DNA of 64,000 nt. Origin: Thermoanaerobaculia bacterium (GTDB lineage Bacteria > Acidobacteriota > Thermoanaerobaculia > Multivoradales > UBA5704). Positions 15,281 through 24,939 of the stretch are shown in pieces. Numbering within the stretch: the stretch's first letter is position 1; each line of letters starts with the position of its first letter. The stretch lies in the NCBI GenBank assembly GCA_039918595.1, contig JBDSHF010000028.1, positions 5,370-69,369 on the forward strand, in the 5' to 3' direction. A model generated the notes under the pieces. That model was not told the DNA's origin and searched no databases. It saw only the letters and a list, made by a program, of their open reading frames with translations. Made by a program: the position numbers and the translations under genes.

Positions 15281-16652
15281 TCCTCGCCCAGAGAAGAAGC
15301 AGTTCCGGCCGGTCGTGTCCTTGACCCTGCCTACCGGTGAAATGCTCGAAACGGTATTCGACCCCGCCGCTCCGGCGACGGGGTTTATTGTGTTCGATGG
15401 CAAGAAGTGGAGAAGCGAGCGAAAGGTGGAGCTTCCGGGAGGTGTGACCCTTGTCCCGTACTCGGCAGAGAACAACCTCATCACGCATCGCGTAGTCCTG
15501 TTTCCTTCCGCGCCAGAGGAATACGGCTCCGAGGAGGAGCTGTTCGCCGACGTGCGCTCCTTCATCCATCGCTACGTGGATCTCTCCGATGGCTTCGAGG
15601 AAGTTTCCACCGCATACGTGCTCTTCTCTTGGGTCTATGACGCCTTCAACGAGGTGCCGTACCTGCGCGTGCGCGGCGACTACGGCTCGGGCAAATCGCG
15701 CTTTCTCCTCACCGTGGGGTCCCTCTGCTACAAGCCGATCTTCGCCTCGGGCGCCTCGACGGTCTCTCCGATCTTCCGCATCCTCGACGCCGTGCAAGGG
15801 ACGCTTGTCGTGGATGAGGGAGACTTCCGGGCTTCGGACGAAAAGGCCGAAATCATCAAGATCTTGAACAACGGCAACGCCAAGGGCTTCCCGGTCCTCC
15901 GAAGCGAGCAGACACCCGCGAAGGAGTTCAACCCCCGGGCCTTTCACGTCTTCGGCCCTAAGCTCGTGGCGACGCGGAACCTCTTCGATGACCGGGCGCT
16001 TGAGAGCCGTTGCCTCTCCGAGGAGATGGGTACGCGGCCTCTGCGGCCCGACATCTCCATCAACCTGCCGGAAGCCTTCGAGGAAGAGGCCCGGACTCTC
16101 CGAAACAAGCTCCTCCTCTATCGGCTGCGGACACGGGCGAGCCGCCGGCCGCTTGCCGCTGCGCCTCCGGGGCTTGAGCCGCGCCTCTCGCAGATCCTCT
16201 TGCCGCTTCTCTCTACGGCACCCTCAGAGGAGACGCGAGCGCGCCTCCTCGCGCTTGCGAAACGCTCGGGAGAGGTCATCTCGACCGAGCGGGCCATGGC
16301 GATGGAGGCCGAGGTGCTCGCCATCCTCTACGAGCTGCGGGAGGAGAAGGTCCCGCTCGCGGTTATAGAGATCGCCCAGAGATTCGCGAAGCGCCACGCC
16401 GCCGAGTATGAGTACGCGGTGACGCCCCGCTGGATCGGATCGATTTTACGGAGGAAGCTCATGTTGAACCCCCAGAAGCGCGGGGGCACCTTCACCATCC
16501 CCGCATCCGAGTACCCGAAGCTCGCCCGCCTTTTCGAGAAATACAGCGTGGGGCGCCAGGACATCGGGGACATTGGGGATGTTCAACCGGGAGAGGAGCG
16601 CGATGGCACAAGCGCGGAATCACAAGAGTCCTCGGGCTCCGTGTCCCTGTAG
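15273..16652 (+). CDS. P-loop NTPase, replication/primase-associated helicase-like
   Basis: Walker A GDYGSGKS and Walker B LVVDEGD. 8-nt overlap with the Toprim-like gene. Confidence 0.5.
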   Translation: MPDPRPEKKQFRPVVSLTLPTGEMLETVFDPAAPATGFIVFDGKKWRSERKVELPGGVTLVPYSAENNLITHRVVLFPSAPEEYGSEEELFADVRSFIHRYVDLSDGFEEVSTAYVLFSWVYDAFNEVPYLRVRGDYGSGKSRFLLTVGSLCYKPIFASGASTVSPIFRILDAVQGTLVVDEGDFRASDEKAEIIKILNNGNAKGFPVLRSEQTPAKEFNPRAFHVFGPKLVATRNLFDDRALESRCLSEEMGTRPLRPDISINLPEAFEEEARTLRNKLLLYRLRTRASRRPLAAAPPGLEPRLSQILLPLLSTAPSEETRARLLALAKRSGEVISTERAMAMEAEVLAILYELREEKVPLAVIEIAQRFAKRHAAEYEYAVTPRWIGSILRRKLMLNPQKRGGTFTIPASEYPKLARLFEKYSVGRQDIGDIGDVQPGEERDGTSAESQESSGSVSL

Positions 16653-16684
16653 AACGTCCCCAACGTCCTGATATGCCCTTGGAA

Positions 16685-16706
16685 AACCTGCCGACCCCGG
16701 CAGGTT
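16685..16706 (+). terminator. hairpin terminator after 15273..16652
   Basis: AACCTGCCG, loop ACCC, CGGCAGGTT, followed by a T-rich tract. Confidence 0.45.
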
Positions 16707-16720
16707 ATTGCGTCTTGTAT

Positions 16721-16735
16721 TTGACATACTGTCAA
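16721..16735. promoter_or_regulatory. perfect palindrome TTGACATACTGTCAA (candidate operator overlapping a -35-like TTGACA)
   Basis: Sits 14 nt upstream of HTH gene 16749..17108. Confidence 0.4.
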
Positions 16736-16748
16736 GTATATTGCTGCG

Positions 16749-17108
16749 GTGGCTATGACATTCATACCATTACAGAACTATCTCCGTACCTACCGCAGGC
16801 GCAGTTTTCTCTCGCAGGACGAGGTTGCTTTCCTTTTGGGCGCAAAGACCGGGACACGGGTCACCCGCCATGAGGGAGCTAACCGGATTCCGAAGATGGA
16901 GACGGCGCTTGGCTACGAAGTGCTGTTCGGCGTTCCCTTGCGCGAACTGTTCGCAAGCGAGGCGCACAAGGTCGAAACCATTATCAGACAGCGTGTGCCC
17001 GAGCTGATCCGGGAGGTCGAGGAGAAGGGCGAAAGCAGAGAGAAGCTTTCCTTTCTCCGAAGCCTTTCCGAACGGCTCGCAAAGCATCATGAGAACACTT
17101 GCAATTGA
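16749..17108 (+). CDS. HTH regulator (XRE-like)
   Basis: RRSFLSQDEVAFLLGAKTGTRVTRHEGANRIPKMETALGYEVLFG. Start is GTG 16749 or ATG 16755. Confidence 0.6.
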   Translation: MAMTFIPLQNYLRTYRRRSFLSQDEVAFLLGAKTGTRVTRHEGANRIPKMETALGYEVLFGVPLRELFASEAHKVETIIRQRVPELIREVEEKGESREKLSFLRSLSERLAKHHENTCN

Positions 17109-17571
17109 CCCTACTACGTCCGGCTTCGGCTTCGTGGTCCTCGAAGGAAGCGAGCGCCTGGTTGATTGGGGCCTCGGGCGACTGGAAAAGCCCGAGGATA
17201 CCCTCTTCCTGAAGCGGATCGAAAAGCTTCTTGACCGCGCAGCACCGCAGCTCCTTGTCCTTGAGGACATGGAGGACTCGCGCCGCGGCAAGAGGGCTAT
17301 CGCCTGGACGCGGCTTGCACAGATGTGCGCTGCGAAGCGCGGCATCAGGGTGGAGAGAATCGGCCGCGCGGAAGTGTCAGAGCGCTTTGCTTCCTCGGGA
17401 AAGTCGAGATGGGAGGTCGGCCTTGCGATCTCGCGCTTCTTCCCGGAGCTCGCCCCGAGCCTTCCGAAGAAACGGCGTATCTGGGAGAGCGAGGACCGGC
17501 GCATGACGATCTTCACGGCCGCCTCCTTTGCCTTGACCTTCCTGCGTCGAGCGGATCGAAGTAGAGAGTAG
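17089..17571 (+). CDS. RuvC-like (RNase H-fold) nuclease
   Basis: LAIDPTTSGFGFVVLE, QLLVLEDME and SEDRRMTIFTAASFALTFL parallel the RuvC blocks GIDPG..GYGVI, faiE and D.aDAlaiA. 20-nt overlap with the upstream HTH gene. Confidence 0.6.
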   Translation: MRTLAIDPTTSGFGFVVLEGSERLVDWGLGRLEKPEDTLFLKRIEKLLDRAAPQLLVLEDMEDSRRGKRAIAWTRLAQMCAAKRGIRVERIGRAEVSERFASSGKSRWEVGLAISRFFPELAPSLPKKRRIWESEDRRMTIFTAASFALTFLRRADRSRE

Positions 17572-17675
17572 CTAGCCTAGCGGTAGGCAAATCAACATCA
17601 TGTCTTTACGGAGAGGACACGGCACAAAGCTCCTCGGGTAACCTACCGGGGAGCTTTGGCGTACCCGACAGATAC

Positions 17676-18890
17676 GTGCGTCTTTGGAAGACGGGAGGAG
17701 ACGGGCACGATACGCCGATGCAATCCGACAACGACATCACCTATTTTGCCCGCATTAATCACCGCAACAAGGGGACGCCTTTCGGCATCCGGAGAGCCGA
17801 CCGCCGCACCCACATGTACGTCATCGGGAAGACCGGCACCGGGAAGTCAACGCTCTTGAAAACCCTCGCACTCCACGACATAGAACACGGCGAAGGGCTT
17901 GCATTGTTCGATCCGCACGGGGATCTTGCGGAGGAGATCGTATCGCTCGTGCCTGCGAACAGACGCGCGGATCTCATCTACCTCAACGTGCCGGATCGTT
18001 CCTTCGTCTGGCACTTCAACCCCTTTGCCGGCATTCCGGAAGAGAAGCACGCTCTTGCGGTGGCGGGCATGGTCGAGGTGTTCAAGAAGCTTTGGCCGGA
18101 CGAATGGGGGCCGCGTCTGGAGCATCTCCTCCGAAACGTGGTCTTCACGCTCCTCGCGGCCGGGGGCAACTTGGGCGACGTGCCCCGCCTGCTGTCTGAC
18201 AAGGATTATAGGAACGCAGCGGTGCGCCGGGTTACGAATGGGATGGTCCGGGAGTTCTGGGAGAAGGAGTATGCCGGGTACTCGCCCGCCTTCCGGGCGG
18301 TGGTGACGGCGCCACTCCAGAACAAGCTCGGAGCGTTCCTCACGGACCCCTTGCTCCACTTGATCCTTACCGGCGAGCGCAGCTCCTTCGACCTCAGGCA
18401 GCTCATGGACGGGGGGAAGATCCTCATCGTCAACCTCGCCAAGGGAAGGATCGGGGAGGGGCCGGCAACGCTCCTGGGGTCGCTCCTGGTATCGCACCTC
18501 TCCCTGGCAGCGCTTGAGCGTGCGGACCGGCCCCAGGAGGAGCGGAGGGACTTCTACCTCTACCTGGACGAATTCCACACCTTCGCCACGCTGACGCTCG
18601 CCACCATGCTCTCTGAACTCCGGAAGTACCGGCTAAACCTCATCCTGGCCCACCAGTATCTCTCCCAGTTGGAGACGGAGATCCGGGATGCGGTCTTCGG
18701 GAACGTGGGGACATTCATCGCCTTCCGGGTGGGGGCCTTGGACGCGTCGACCGTTGCCCGGGAGCTGGCGCCGAAGTTCGAGGCGGAGGATCTCCTGTCC
18801 CTGCCGAACTTCTCTGTTTACCTGCGGCTCATGATCCGGGGGGAGCCGTCCAAGCCGTTTAGTGCTGTCAGTTGTGCACCACTGTCTTGA
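17676..18890 (+). CDS. FtsK/HerA/T4CP-superfamily ATPase A (core only)
   Basis: Walker A GKTGTGKS followed by LFDPHGD. YLYLDEFHTFAT...RKYRLNLILAHQYLSQL. Start uncertain (GTG 17676 or ATG 17718). The C-terminus abuts the low-GC cassette. Confidence 0.7.
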   Translation: MRLWKTGGDGHDTPMQSDNDITYFARINHRNKGTPFGIRRADRRTHMYVIGKTGTGKSTLLKTLALHDIEHGEGLALFDPHGDLAEEIVSLVPANRRADLIYLNVPDRSFVWHFNPFAGIPEEKHALAVAGMVEVFKKLWPDEWGPRLEHLLRNVVFTLLAAGGNLGDVPRLLSDKDYRNAAVRRVTNGMVREFWEKEYAGYSPAFRAVVTAPLQNKLGAFLTDPLLHLILTGERSSFDLRQLMDGGKILIVNLAKGRIGEGPATLLGSLLVSHLSLAALERADRPQEERRDFYLYLDEFHTFATLTLATMLSELRKYRLNLILAHQYLSQLETEIRDAVFGNVGTFIAFRVGALDASTVARELAPKFEAEDLLSLPNFSVYLRLMIRGEPSKPFSAVSCAPLS

Positions 18891-18922
18891 CGCATCTGAT
18901 AAAGGCATGCGATAGTGATGCC

Positions 18923-19879
18923 ATGGCTAAACAAATCGCGGCCCGCTCTCAGGTGACGAGTCCTCACAAGCGTGATTGGCCCTTGGCTATTATTGTATTG
19001 TTCTTTGTCTTTATTTCAGGTTTCACTTTGTCAGCTCAGCCCGCAAGGAAGACTCTGTACACGAGCCAAGATGCCAAAATCGACGAACTGAAGTGTTCAT
19101 CCAAAGACAAGATTTTTCTACCTATTCTTCCGAAAAAGTCAATTTACGGAAAGGTGATCGAACCTGAAGATGTCCTACGCTCGGCGCCTCCTTCGAATCT
19201 TGCAAGTGATGCGGATGAATCTAGGAATTTAGTAGGATATTCGGGACCCTATTACAACGTGGAGGAGCTGACTGGAAATGTCGCCGTGCTCGAAAGGACT
19301 TTATATAACTGGCCGACTAATAATTGGCATGTAACAGGGTTGCTTCGAAATCAAACATGCATGGACATTCGAGTCTCGTCCATAACCGCCCACCTTATCG
19401 GGCCAAGCGGTAAGGAAGTGCGCATTGAAACTGCTACCGTTCCTATTAGTGATTTGAGACCGGGTGAGCCGGCCCCTTTTGATCTAAGTTCTCCAATCCC
19501 AAGAGAGAACGTTGAGCGCGTGGAATGGCAGATTGGATACGCAACAACGACAGAATCGCCCGTTCGGACTTTCTCATTTCTGGTATATCAGTCACGCCAG
19601 ATCACAAGTTCCTCGTACCTGCTTTTCGGCAGTATCCAGAACCTAGGGAGTTCCAGTGCGAGGGGAACTCACATTGTGGCGGCCTGGCTAGATAGTAGCG
19701 GCAGGGTTCGCTATGTAGCATCACCTCTGATTCAACTGGCGACCGGTCCATTGAGTCGAAGAAATAAAATAAATTTGGTGGGCAACGATTTTGAAGATTT
19801 CGTCTTTTCCGCTAATGATCCGCTGCTAGCATCAACGTTGAGTCAGGCAAACGTCGCAATCTGGGGTGTTGCAAATTGA
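18923..19879 (+). CDS. membrane-anchored/secreted protein with two beta-sandwich-like repeats
   Basis: N-terminal anchor WPLAIIVLFFVFISGFTL. Low GC. Stop overlaps the TTG start of the next gene. Confidence 0.55.
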   Translation: MAKQIAARSQVTSPHKRDWPLAIIVLFFVFISGFTLSAQPARKTLYTSQDAKIDELKCSSKDKIFLPILPKKSIYGKVIEPEDVLRSAPPSNLASDADESRNLVGYSGPYYNVEELTGNVAVLERTLYNWPTNNWHVTGLLRNQTCMDIRVSSITAHLIGPSGKEVRIETATVPISDLRPGEPAPFDLSSPIPRENVERVEWQIGYATTTESPVRTFSFLVYQSRQITSSSYLLFGSIQNLGSSSARGTHIVAAWLDSSGRVRYVASPLIQLATGPLSRRNKINLVGNDFEDFVFSANDPLLASTLSQANVAIWGVAN

Positions 19880-22800
19880 AATATTCAGCCTGGGCCTTAT
19901 CAGTGATCGTCCTAATTCTCTCGGGAGAAGGACAAGCGGCAGCGCATGACTTTGGCAGTATACCCTATGACGATGTGGTCTACGCGGCCCAAGTCTATAA
20001 TCAATGCAGGGATACTCTCCCGACTGACAAATTGGTTGCTTACATGCTCGCGCCGACATGGCGAGAATTAACCAATGGCAATACCAATCTAACGCCATCC
20101 CCTATGACATTGGGCAGAGGGGATAACGATTTGGATCTATATCCAGATGGTCAGTCCGGCGCAACTGCTCCGCACCGTCGCGCTTTTTGGCACCCGGGTA
20201 TTGGTCTCTGGCAACTCGATGATATCGGTCTTGGAAAAGACATTAGCACAGAGAAATTCAACTCAAGAGACGCGGCTCAGGTTGCAGCTACCATAATCTC
20301 AACTCGATATTGTAAATCGCCAACAGCTGCGTATATATATGGAGGTATCTGGATTGCTTGTGGGGCGGATGGGAGTCTTTGTCAGGATATTGTCAACCAA
20401 CTCTACAACCCTAATGGCCCTCCAGCGTATACAGTTGGTCGCGACAATAGTGTTGGTCGGTACGGTGGTTCGCAGTTGCATACGTGTAAACTAGCGGGCG
20501 ACACTAGGTATTTCGATTGCCTATATGTTAAGCCTGCCAACCCAGATGGAACACGAGCCAACGCCGAGGGTACTATATCAAGTTGGATTTACCAGCCATT
20601 AGAGGGTCTTTATCCCCCCAATACACCGTCTCCGCTAACAATGCCATTTTATGTCTATCGAGAGGATGCAACTGGAGGGGGATTCGAGTGGCGATATTGG
20701 CTAGCTGCTGATACAGGCTTCGGAAAAGATTATGCTGCTAGACGAACCTATGGCGCCAACTCTCGGGCAGGTCTCCATTGGGTTTCAGATGCGTCAACCA
20801 GCTTAGCTCTCTGTGATGTTACCCTTACACGCGGTGCCTGTGGAGGTATTCCCCAGGCACCTTCGATATCCAACATAGCACAGCTATCGTACGACGGGTC
20901 GCCACTTTCAGTCGGCGCTATTACACAAGCTGGAACCGTTATACTCCGAGGTACACTTGCTGGTTCTCAGGGTCAACAAGTACGAATTGAGCTAGAGGTT
21001 CGGAGAATCTCTGACCCGTTCTTAGGTGAACCGAATTACCTTGGAAACTACGTCACCAGTGGGAGCGTAAGCAAGTGTGTCACGGGACTGCAAGACGCCA
21101 AATATCATTGGCAGGCACGAGTGAGGAGCGATAGTGGACAGTTCAGTCAATGGCTTCAGTTCGGGGGAAACTCTGAAGCCAGTCCTGATTTCGAGGTACA
21201 GGCTAATAGATGTGCTATTTGCACTGCGTCTGGCGCATCTGCTGTGGTCACAAAGTATGGCCGTATTGGAATATCCTGTGGCGTACCCCTGGCTGTAGAA
21301 CTTGCAGCGTCTGTCAACAATGGTATTACCCTGCTTAATGGTGTAAGTCTGACGGCATCGGTGAGTGGTTCGGAAACCGGCACTATAAATTACACGTTTT
21401 ATTGTAATCGTCCCGATGGAGGAATTGATGTTAGATCTGGATGGATTGCCAAGTACGATGGGATTTCGGCGAATCCGAAAACAGCATATGACGTATGTGA
21501 CTATGTTGGGCCGGGTATTTATACTGCAAAGGTGATCGCTGAGCGTGGATCAAGCGCAGCTGAATCACGGACACTCATCACCGTTTCGGCACCTTCAACG
21601 CAAACTCCTTCGGTTACAACGAGTGGCTCGGCAAATGTGACCCAAAGTAGTGCGACTCTCAGTTTATCTGTTAATCCAAACGGGTCTGATACTTCAGCCT
21701 GGTTTGATTGGGGGACGAGCACCTCCTTCTGCTGTAACACGAGTCAGCAGACAGTCGCGGCTAGTTCGGGAGCGTCACTGCTTAGTATGACCGTAGGCGC
21801 CCTTCAATGCGACACAACCTACTACTTCCGAGCCCACGCACAAAGTGTAGGCGGAGAAGCCACAGGAAGCACCTTGTCATTCCGAACGGGTGCATGTGGC
21901 AACGGCCCCCAAACCGTTCAACTTGTGCCTGATCCAGGCTTCGAGCAAGGAAACAATGCGTGGTGGGTAGCGAGCCCAGCGTTCTATATCGATCATGCTC
22001 CCACCTTCCCGAATCCGCGCAATGGAAGTTACTACGCTTTCCTTTCCACGTCCAACGGCTCGGCGGGCAACAATTTGCAGGGCGGCGTGATATCGCCCCA
22101 AGTCACCATTCCTTCAAACGCAAGCGGAGCTGAACTGCGCTTCTGGTATAGCGTTTCGACACAGGAGACGAGTACATCAATCTTTGATACCCTCAAGGCT
22201 TACCTAGTTAAGCCGGGGAATCAAGCGACACTCTTTGCAACCATCTCAAACTTGGACAATTCTGGCACAACGTATAGAGAGAAGGTTGTCGGCATTCCCT
22301 CCTCATTTTTCGGCGGCCCGGTGCAGATCTTTTTCTCTGGCGCAACAGACGGTAGCTTGCCTACCGTCTTCCGCGTAGACGATGTGACGCTTTCTGCCTT
22401 CATCCCTGCGACGGCCGGTTCGCCTGTCGTTAGCACGGGGTCTGTTGACCAAATTACCTCGTCTAGCGGACGGCTCAGCATGACTGTCAACCCCAACGGT
22501 GCCGACACTCAGGTGTGGTTTGATATAGAAACGAACAATCCGCCGAACTCTGAGACAGAGCACGTAGCTATAGGAACCGGGCAGCAGGCCGAGGGCGTTA
22601 GCATTAGTGTATTCGGCTTGCGATGCGACACGACCTACTACTATCGGGCTGATGCCGTCAATTCGTACGGATCACAGCTAGGCTCTGTGAGTTCTTTTAG
22701 AACCAGTACTTGTCCCGTTCAAGCCCCCTCAGTATCAACCACTGTTGCTGACAGTATAACGTCCACCTCTGCGCGTTTGGTTGGGAGCGTCAATCCAAAC

Positions 22801-24789
22801 GGCTTCTCAACAACGGTTTGGTTCGCTTGGGGAACCGATACGACGCTCGGAAATTCTACGCCTAGCCAGAACGTCGGCAGTGGTAATTCTTCAGTGAGCT
22901 TCGCGGCTACACTCAATAACCTTCAGTGCGGCACTACCTACTACTACCGTGCCAAGGGGCAGAACAGCGGCGGGCAGACATCCGGTGCGCTCTACAACGT
23001 AACAACTTCCCCTTGCAGCCAAATACCCGTTATAACGATAACGGCAAGCGATCCGACTGCGACTGAAAATCCCATGACTACGGGGGAGTTTCTCATCCAG
23101 CGAACAGGAGATCTTTCTAGTGCGTTATCGGTGGCATACACCGTGGGAGGAACCGCCATCGTTGGGGTAGATCACACGCTTGGAGGCGGGAGCGTGACCA
23201 TCCCCTCTGGATCAGCCTCGACTACTTTGACCGTCTTTCCGATCGACGATTCACTGGTCGAACCAGATGAGACCGTCGTTGTGACGCTTCAGCCGCAGTC
23301 CCAATATACAGTTGGTACCCCAAGCGGTGCCACTGTTACAATTACGAGTGATGATACGGGATGTGCCTTAAGTGTCATAAGGCCGCAAGGTGGAGAGGTG
23401 TGGACAAAAGGATCACCTCATACCGTTCAGTGGAGTGCGAACTCTGATTGCGTGGACTTTGCCTTTATTCTATACAGAAATGGTAACTTTGATGGCTACC
23501 TGACAGGTTCTCTGTCCGGGAGCCAATTTAGCTGGACACCTCCGGCGTGGCTCGTACCAAGTCCCGGGCTGCAGATTGATGTTGTAGGATTCAACGCTGA
23601 TGGCACTGGTGTTTCGGCGCGTTCAAACAACTTTACGCTTATCAACCCTGCGGTCCTTCCCGCAGTCATATTCCAGGACACTGTAGAGACTAACGATGAG
23701 TTCAACTACTACTCCGAAGGATGGGGAGTGACAAATTTCACCTCGCACAGCCCCACGCATTCGCGCGCGGATAGTCCTGCTTTCTACGGCAACAACACGA
23801 ACAGCTCACTTATAACACCTAAAATCGATGTTAGTAGCCGCACCTCCCTCTCTCTCAGCTTCTGGCATCGCTTTAGTCTTGCGGACTTCGACTTCGTGAA
23901 CGTCTGGGTTAAGACCGATCAAGGAGATTGGATCTTCTTGCAGGGCTTTACCGGAATCCAATCTGACTGGCGACAGGTCACAATTAACCTGAACGCTTTC
24001 CTTGGCCAACCGTCTGTTCAGGTCGCTTTTCAGATAGTATCTGATGATGCTCTGACTGCCGATGGCTGGTATATCGACGACATCGTATTGAGTGGGGCGA
24101 GTGACACTAATAAAATTTTCTCTAATGGTTTTGAGTCCGGTGATCTTTCGGCATGGTTGGTGGCGCCGCCGAGCGACGGAAGCATCGTTTCTGTTTTGGA
24201 GCAGGGTGTCCCAGGGCAACCCGGAAAGGATATTTGGACAACGAGCAACTATTCATTTGCGCCGGGCGGCAACACGCCGGGAGGTGGGTTGGACAACGAA
24301 GAGCTTGTAGTAGGAGGATGGGGCGACAATTACTACAGCCTCCTTGAGTTCAATCTCGCAGGGCTTCCAAGTCACGCATCCTCGGCAGTGCTCAAGCTCT
24401 TTTGCTACCGGACTCGTGCTACCGAAACGATTGGCATGTATGTCGAGCGTATAACCCAGATATGGGATTGGCGTACCCAAGGCACCGGCCGAGATAGGGA
24501 GAGGTTATGGTGGGCAGACCAACCGCAGTCACTCAATTGGATAGGCTTGCCGGTCACGAAGCCGACGGTAGGGCAGTGGTACTCAATCGACATCACGGAT
24601 CTCTATAACGCATGGCAGAACGGATCTGTGCCAAACTACGGCATCAAGCTCACACCGGTTGATAATGGTAACGAGTGGAGCGAGTTTTACAGCGCAAACT
24701 ACTCTGATCCGGCCTTCCGGCCTCGGCTCGTAATTCGGCCGGATCAATCTACCGTTAAACGTTCTCCTCTATCTAGGAAGCCACGGTAG
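19876..24789 (+). CDS. giant secreted multidomain protein (three FN3-like repeats, Calx-beta-like and DNRLRE-like C-terminal domains)
   Basis: Signal peptide MKYSAWALSVIVLILSGEGQAAA. Three repeats with NPNG..T..WF.WGT...LQC.TTYYYRA (~21600-23015). Calx-beta-like ITITASDPTATE...VEPDETVVVTL. C-terminal GGLDNEELVVGGWGDNYYSLLEFNL. Confidence 0.8.
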   Translation: MKYSAWALSVIVLILSGEGQAAAHDFGSIPYDDVVYAAQVYNQCRDTLPTDKLVAYMLAPTWRELTNGNTNLTPSPMTLGRGDNDLDLYPDGQSGATAPHRRAFWHPGIGLWQLDDIGLGKDISTEKFNSRDAAQVAATIISTRYCKSPTAAYIYGGIWIACGADGSLCQDIVNQLYNPNGPPAYTVGRDNSVGRYGGSQLHTCKLAGDTRYFDCLYVKPANPDGTRANAEGTISSWIYQPLEGLYPPNTPSPLTMPFYVYREDATGGGFEWRYWLAADTGFGKDYAARRTYGANSRAGLHWVSDASTSLALCDVTLTRGACGGIPQAPSISNIAQLSYDGSPLSVGAITQAGTVILRGTLAGSQGQQVRIELEVRRISDPFLGEPNYLGNYVTSGSVSKCVTGLQDAKYHWQARVRSDSGQFSQWLQFGGNSEASPDFEVQANRCAICTASGASAVVTKYGRIGISCGVPLAVELAASVNNGITLLNGVSLTASVSGSETGTINYTFYCNRPDGGIDVRSGWIAKYDGISANPKTAYDVCDYVGPGIYTAKVIAERGSSAAESRTLITVSAPSTQTPSVTTSGSANVTQSSATLSLSVNPNGSDTSAWFDWGTSTSFCCNTSQQTVAASSGASLLSMTVGALQCDTTYYFRAHAQSVGGEATGSTLSFRTGACGNGPQTVQLVPDPGFEQGNNAWWVASPAFYIDHAPTFPNPRNGSYYAFLSTSNGSAGNNLQGGVISPQVTIPSNASGAELRFWYSVSTQETSTSIFDTLKAYLVKPGNQATLFATISNLDNSGTTYREKVVGIPSSFFGGPVQIFFSGATDGSLPTVFRVDDVTLSAFIPATAGSPVVSTGSVDQITSSSGRLSMTVNPNGADTQVWFDIETNNPPNSETEHVAIGTGQQAEGVSISVFGLRCDTTYYYRADAVNSYGSQLGSVSSFRTSTCPVQAPSVSTTVADSITSTSARLVGSVNPNGFSTTVWFAWGTDTTLGNSTPSQNVGSGNSSVSFAATLNNLQCGTTYYYRAKGQNSGGQTSGALYNVTTSPCSQIPVITITASDPTATENPMTTGEFLIQRTGDLSSALSVAYTVGGTAIVGVDHTLGGGSVTIPSGSASTTLTVFPIDDSLVEPDETVVVTLQPQSQYTVGTPSGATVTITSDDTGCALSVIRPQGGEVWTKGSPHTVQWSANSDCVDFAFILYRNGNFDGYLTGSLSGSQFSWTPPAWLVPSPGLQIDVVGFNADGTGVSARSNNFTLINPAVLPAVIFQDTVETNDEFNYYSEGWGVTNFTSHSPTHSRADSPAFYGNNTNSSLITPKIDVSSRTSLSLSFWHRFSLADFDFVNVWVKTDQGDWIFLQGFTGIQSDWRQVTINLNAFLGQPSVQVAFQIVSDDALTADGWYIDDIVLSGASDTNKIFSNGFESGDLSAWLVAPPSDGSIVSVLEQGVPGQPGKDIWTTSNYSFAPGGNTPGGGLDNEELVVGGWGDNYYSLLEFNLAGLPSHASSAVLKLFCYRTRATETIGMYVERITQIWDWRTQGTGRDRERLWWADQPQSLNWIGLPVTKPTVGQWYSIDITDLYNAWQNGSVPNYGIKLTPVDNGNEWSEFYSANYSDPAFRPRLVIRPDQSTVKRSPLSRKPR

Positions 24790-24939
24790 GATGTGCTACC
24801 TGGATTGACTGATAAGGAACGGCAAGAGTATGTTCTAAAGTCAAATCTCGATGTCGCAGAATGTAAATTCCTCTATTTGAACTCTCTCCCGGGTCTTGCT
24901 AGTCTCATTCGTACCAACCGAAGTACGGAGGATCCCCGC

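Noticed and set aside
18887-18905. TTGAC(GCAT)CTGATAAAGG at the left edge of the low-GC cassette versus TTGACTGATAAGG at 24805-24817, as possible direct repeats flanking an insertion.
   Set aside because: The match is short and gapped, with 12-13 matching nt. No associated transposase or integrase lies within the cassette. Chance cannot be excluded without comparative data.
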